A DNA stretch of 61,979 nucleotides, counting the filler, from Candidatus Woesearchaeota archaeon (lineage in GTDB: Archaea; Nanobdellota; Nanobdellia; Woesearchaeales; B72-G16), in the NCBI GenBank assembly GCA_003650545.1. It is 10 parts of 10 records of this genome, joined end to end, with 100 filler letters (N's around TTAATTAATTAA, not from the genome) between each part and the next. Parts side by side here need not be neighbours in the genome. Positions count along the whole stretch, not along the records: positions 56,636 to 61,979 come from QMQO01000060.1; 9 more parts are not named here. One strand, given 5' to 3'. Both the position numbers and the translations under genes were made by a program. Below the pieces are notes generated by a model. The model searched no databases, was not told the origin of the DNA, and was given only the letters and a program-made list of their open reading frames with translations. Below, piece by piece: positions 58,043 through 61,979 of this stretch; position 1 is the stretch's first letter; each line of letters opens with the position of its first letter.

Positions 58043-58418
58043 GATATCTGAAGAGATCGATATTGCTAAGGCTGCTTTTGAGGGAAAACTTTTAGCATGG
58101 ACAGTTGGGTTTAAAGAGACTGGACAATATATGATTGCTACTGTAATCTCTGAGCTTGCTCGAAATATATTTATCTATGCCTTAAGGGGAGAAATTATTA
58201 TAAAAATTATTGAGAAGAATAATAAAAAAGGACTTGAGATTATTGCTCAGGATAAGGGTTCCGGAATAAAGGATATAGGACAAGCTATGAAAGATAATTT
58301 TAGCACCTCAAATGGTTTAGGTTTAGGGCTTCCGGGAGTTAAGAGAATAATGGATGAGCTTGTAATAGATGCTAAAGCAGGAGTGGGAACCAAAATTACG
58401 GCAAGAAAGTGGATCTAA
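58017..58418 (+). CDS. rsbT: Stressosome Ser/Thr kinase RsbT
   Basis: SELARNI..YA, D.G.GI.D...A....ST..GLGLGLPG.KR.MDE, GT.I...KW. Confidence 0.92.
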   Translation: MKNEEKRIKISEEIDIAKAAFEGKLLAWTVGFKETGQYMIATVISELARNIFIYALRGEIIIKIIEKNNKKGLEIIAQDKGSGIKDIGQAMKDNFSTSNGLGLGLPGVKRIMDELVIDAKAGVGTKITARKWI

Positions 58419-58449
58419 TTTAAGAGTCTATAACAAACGGAGTGAAAAA

Positions 58450-59733
58450 ATGATTGAACTCGGTAAAATCCCTATAAAGGATAACTCCTCTATAGTAGAG
58501 GCAAGAAATAAAATTCATCTCTTGGCGAAAGACTTGCGATTTAGTTCTATGAGTGCCACCAGACTGGCTACTATCACTTCGGATTTAAGCCGTAATATTT
58601 ATCAAGAAAGCATAGAATCTAGTCTAACGGTAAGCTTTGAAGAGAGGAAAGGTATATTCGGATTAGTCCTTATCTTTCAAGGCAAGAGGACAGATTTAAA
58701 CATTAAGCATACTGAACTCTTTTTTGATAATTTACAAATAGTGTCTACCAAAGATGGGCTGCAAAAAATTAAGGCCTTTAAATATATCCCGGATCCTGAA
58801 TTCAAACCTACCAAAGAATTTATCGATATGGAGAAAGAAAGACTTATCCGTCTCTCCCGGGAAGAATTATTCAATGAAGTCAAGAAGAAGAATGAACAAC
58901 TTTTAAAAATCCTTGATGAGCGTAAAAAGATGTGGGAGGAGCTACAAAATGCACATGCCAGTTTAAATATGGCAAAAGCAGAGGTAGATAGAAAAGTAAG
59001 AATAAGAACACAACAATTTCAAAAAGCAAAAGAAGAAGCTGAGCGAGCAAATCAGATGAAATCTATCTTTCTGGCAAGTATGAGCCATGAATTACGTACT
59101 CCACTCAATTCTATAATCGGTTTTACCGGTATTGTTTTACAAGGATTTGCCGGAGAATTAAATGATGAGCAAAAGAAACAACTGGAAATGTCTTACGAAA
59201 GCGCAAAACATCTGCTTTCTCTTATCAATGACCTCCTGGATATCAGCAAGATAGAATCAGGAGAATTAAAGCCTGACATTGAAGAATTTAATATTGCTGA
59301 GCTAGGGATAGAGATAAGAGATTCTTTTATGATTATGGCAGAAGAGAAAGAACTTGAACTTATCTTCAACATCCCGGATATAAATATATTTAGTGATAAA
59401 CGGCGGGTCGAACAGATTCTGTTAAACTTGGTGAGTAATGCCCTTAAATTTACAGCAAAGGGCAAGGTAGAAGTAAAAGCGCATAAAAAGGATGAAAATA
59501 TAGAAGTCATAGTAGAGGATACCGGTATCGGGATAAAGAAAGAAGACTTTCACAAATTATTTCAACCTTTTGTGCAGTTAGAATACACTATTACGGAGAA
59601 GGCCGGAACCGGTCTTGGACTATATCTCACTAAAAATTTAGTCCAACTCTTAAAAGGTAGAATTCAGATGGAAAGTAAATATGGAAAGGGAAGTACATTT
59701 ACCTTTATATTACCTATCCAATATAAGGGATAA
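58450..59733 (+). CDS. Sensor histidine kinase with an N-terminal RsbT-like domain
   Basis: N-terminus IVEARN.....A..L.F......RLAT..SDLSRN; H-box SMSHELRTPLN; N, G1, F and G2 boxes; ATG at 58450. Confidence 0.9.
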   Translation: MIELGKIPIKDNSSIVEARNKIHLLAKDLRFSSMSATRLATITSDLSRNIYQESIESSLTVSFEERKGIFGLVLIFQGKRTDLNIKHTELFFDNLQIVSTKDGLQKIKAFKYIPDPEFKPTKEFIDMEKERLIRLSREELFNEVKKKNEQLLKILDERKKMWEELQNAHASLNMAKAEVDRKVRIRTQQFQKAKEEAERANQMKSIFLASMSHELRTPLNSIIGFTGIVLQGFAGELNDEQKKQLEMSYESAKHLLSLINDLLDISKIESGELKPDIEEFNIAELGIEIRDSFMIMAEEKELELIFNIPDINIFSDKRRVEQILLNLVSNALKFTAKGKVEVKAHKKDENIEVIVEDTGIGIKKEDFHKLFQPFVQLEYTITEKAGTGLGLYLTKNLVQLLKGRIQMESKYGKGSTFTFILPIQYKG

Positions 59734-59737
59734 AAAA

Positions 59738-60142
59738 ATGGAAAAAAATGGAAAGAAAAAAATATTAGTAGTAGATGATGATAAAAAGAGCAGATACCTC
59801 GTCTCCTTCCTCCTTGAAAAAGAAGGTTTTGAGATAATTATGGCCACCAATGGCTTGGAAGGAATAGAAGCTGCCGAGAAGCAACAGGTAGATTTAATTA
59901 TTATGGATATAAAGATGCCCAAAATGGATGGCCACGAAACAACCAGAAGGATTAGAAGATTAAAAAAGTATAAATCCATTCCCATTATCGCCTTAACTTC
60001 CTATGTAATAACGGAAGACAAAGAAAAAGCTCTAAAAGCTGGTTGTACTGGGCATATGTCAAAACCGATAGCCCCGGAAACATTTATAAGTGAAATTAAA
60101 AAATTCCTGGAGGTGAAAGATGAGAAGAGTAATAGTAGTTGA
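59738..60142 (+). CDS. Single-domain response regulator
   Basis: ILVVDD, DLIIMDIKMPKMDG, IIALT, KP. Confidence 0.92.
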   Translation: MEKNGKKKILVVDDDKKSRYLVSFLLEKEGFEIIMATNGLEGIEAAEKQQVDLIIMDIKMPKMDGHETTRRIRRLKKYKSIPIIALTSYVITEDKEKALKAGCTGHMSKPIAPETFISEIKKFLEVKDEKSNSS

Positions 60143-61736
60143 TGATGCAAAAGAGAATAGATATTTATCACAGAAAATTTTAGAAGGATACAATTATACT
60201 GTGGAGACAGCCAGTAATGGAGTCGAAGCACTGGAGATAGCACGTAAGAAACCACCTGATATGATTATTACTGATACTCTGATGCCCAAGATGGATGGCT
60301 TCCAACTATGCCGGGAACTAAAAAAGGATGAAAAACTAAAAGGTATACCTGTCTTGTTCTATAGCGCCACCTATACTGATAAAGAATCAGAAAAACTTGC
60401 TTTAGGTATTGGGGCAGTAGGGTATATTGTAAAACCTCAGGAGCCCGGTGTGTTTATTAAAATCTTAAATAAAATATGGGATAAATATAGCAAAGGAGAA
60501 ATTAAACCGACCGAAAAGCCCTTGGAAGAGAAAGTCTACATGAAAACGTACAATGAGCGTCTAATACGGAAACTCGAGGATAAAATGCTTGATTTAGAAA
60601 AATCAGAAAAGCGTATCAAGTATTTATACAGTGTACTTAATGCCGTCCGAGGGGTCAATCAGTTAATTGTAAAAGAGAGGGATAAAGGTATTCTTTTACA
60701 AAAGGCCTGTGATATCTTGATAGGAGCACGGGGTTATAATGCTGCCTGGTTAGGGCTTTTAAAAGACGAAAACACCTTTGGTGTTGTAGTAGGTTCTCCT
60801 CCCAAGGGAGATGTCTCTCGTTTCTGTAAGCAGATGCTAAAGGGAGATAATCCGCCTTGTATCGAAAGAACTTTTATTCAGAAGGTTCCCTTTACGGTTA
60901 TGGAAAGACCCCGAGACTGTGAGGGTTGTATCTTAAAGAGCACCTATCCTGGAAAAGAATCTGTAATCATGCGTATTGCCTATAATGGTAAGCTTTTGGG
61001 GTTGCTTATCCTATCGCTTGCCCCGAGTATATCCGTTAAAGATGAAGAGAAATACCTTTTAATAGAGGTAGCTAATGATATTGCCTTCGGTCTCCACAAT
61101 ATAGAAATGGAAGAGAAGGATAAAATATTAAAACAAAAACTTCAATTGAGTTACCAGAAACTACAAAAAACTATGGAAGGCGCCATCAATACAATAGCCA
61201 AAATAGTAGAAACTAAAGACCCTTATACTTCCGGACATCAACAAAGAGTCTCCAAACTTGCGGAGACTATTGCCCGAAAGATGAAACTTCCTCAAGAAAA
61301 GATTGAAAGAATAAGAATATCCTCTTTAGTTCATGATGTAGGAAAAATCAGTGTACCGGCAGAAATCTTAAATAAGCCCACCAAATTAACCGAAATAGAA
61401 TTTAATTTAATTAAAGACCATTCCCAAGCAGGCTATGATATATTAAAATTGATAAAATTTCCCTGGCCAATTGAAAAAATTGTCCTCCAACATCACGAAA
61501 GATTAGAGGGTTCAGGATATCCCCGGGGACTCAAAGGTGAGGATATAATTATAGAAGCCAGGATTATAGGAGTAGCTGATGTGGTGGAGGCAATGTCTTC
61601 TCACCGGCCTTATCGCCCGGCTCTTGGAGTAGGTGCAGCTTTGGAAGAAATCTCTAAAAATAAAGGTATCCTCTATGACCCGGAAGTAGTAGATATTTGC
61701 ATTAAATTGGTTAGAGAAAAAGGATTTGAATTCTAA
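60120..61736 (+). CDS. Receiver-GAF-HD-GYP cyclic-dinucleotide phosphodiesterase
   Basis: REC domain; GAF-like middle region; KDPYTSGH, HDVGK, HHER..GSGYP.GL.G, RPYR. Confidence 0.93.
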   Translation: MRRVIVVDDAKENRYLSQKILEGYNYTVETASNGVEALEIARKKPPDMIITDTLMPKMDGFQLCRELKKDEKLKGIPVLFYSATYTDKESEKLALGIGAVGYIVKPQEPGVFIKILNKIWDKYSKGEIKPTEKPLEEKVYMKTYNERLIRKLEDKMLDLEKSEKRIKYLYSVLNAVRGVNQLIVKERDKGILLQKACDILIGARGYNAAWLGLLKDENTFGVVVGSPPKGDVSRFCKQMLKGDNPPCIERTFIQKVPFTVMERPRDCEGCILKSTYPGKESVIMRIAYNGKLLGLLILSLAPSISVKDEEKYLLIEVANDIAFGLHNIEMEEKDKILKQKLQLSYQKLQKTMEGAINTIAKIVETKDPYTSGHQQRVSKLAETIARKMKLPQEKIERIRISSLVHDVGKISVPAEILNKPTKLTEIEFNLIKDHSQAGYDILKLIKFPWPIEKIVLQHHERLEGSGYPRGLKGEDIIIEARIIGVADVVEAMSSHRPYRPALGVGAALEEISKNKGILYDPEVVDICIKLVREKGFEF

Positions 61737-61744
61737 TTTTAAAT

Positions 61745-61978
61745 TTACTTCAGAAGGCTGGCTCGGGTTACGGCTTTAGTGCCGAATTTTTCTCTGATTT
61801 TATCTAAAGACCGAGTAAGTTGTTCCAATTTATCACCTTTTTCATCCTCTTCTTTGCTTAAGAATTTCAATTGCTTTCTTTCATTTCCCGAGGTAAGATT
61901 GGAGAGTTTTATTCCCAAAAGTCTGACCCCGCCTTTTTTATGCCTTACTTTATCCAGGAGTTTTGCAACAGTTTTAAA
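61745..61978 (-). CDS. dinB: DNA polymerase IV C-terminal fragment
   Basis: VRLLGIKLSNL...QL.F...LDKIREKFG..AV.RA little-finger and tail motifs. Confidence 0.8.
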   Translation of the reverse strand, partial: FKTVAKLLDKVRHKKGGVRLLGIKLSNLTSGNERKQLKFLSKEEDEKGDKLEQLTRSLDKIREKFGTKAVTRASLLK

Positions 61979-61979
61979 G

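Overview
This window is not one locus. It is ten unrelated, mostly truncated metagenomic contigs joined by nine identical 100-bp linkers (44 N + TTAATTAATTAA + 44 N). Taxonomic labels below are inferences from gene content and signals. (1) 1-7831, DPANN-like archaeon: giant Cys-rich surface protein, VKOR, DJ-1/PfpI, M18 aminopeptidase and a tRNA-Ser(GCT) with three BHB introns. (2) 7932-15383, DPANN-like: a mobile-element-like end abutting rpl41e, a ZIP transporter, tRNA-Gln(TTG) with two non-canonical introns, a hairpin-rich low-coding region and a HerA/VirB4-like ATPase. (3) 15484-22071, FCB-type bacterial protein with an FN3 array and a T9SS-like C-terminal domain. (4) 22172-28357, virion genes of a tailed virus. 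(5) 28458-34062, archaeal transporters, DUF917 and a gene broken by two in-frame TGAs. (6) 34163-39759, archaeal SSB, GT2, GAPN and an FdhF-like enzyme. (7) 39860-45428, bacterial operon: TMTC-like glycosyltransferase, S26-like peptidase, divergent sigma-54-like protein, nucleotidyltransferase. (8) 45529-51014, DPANN-like: PGF-pre-PGF protein, DUF371-HAD fusion and a second copy of the element end seen in contig 2. (9) 51115-56535, Thermoplasmatota-like or viral surface-protein cluster with an S8 protease. (10) 56636-61979, bacterial stressosome rsbRST coupled to HK, RR and HD-GYP, plus a dinB fragment. The strongest leads are the element end that abuts ATGAA and appears to supply the ribosome-binding site of rpl41e, the sigma-54-like/S26/nucleotidyltransferase operon, the multi-intron tRNAs, and short tandem duplications sitting on stop codons. 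No CRISPR array or rRNA was seen.
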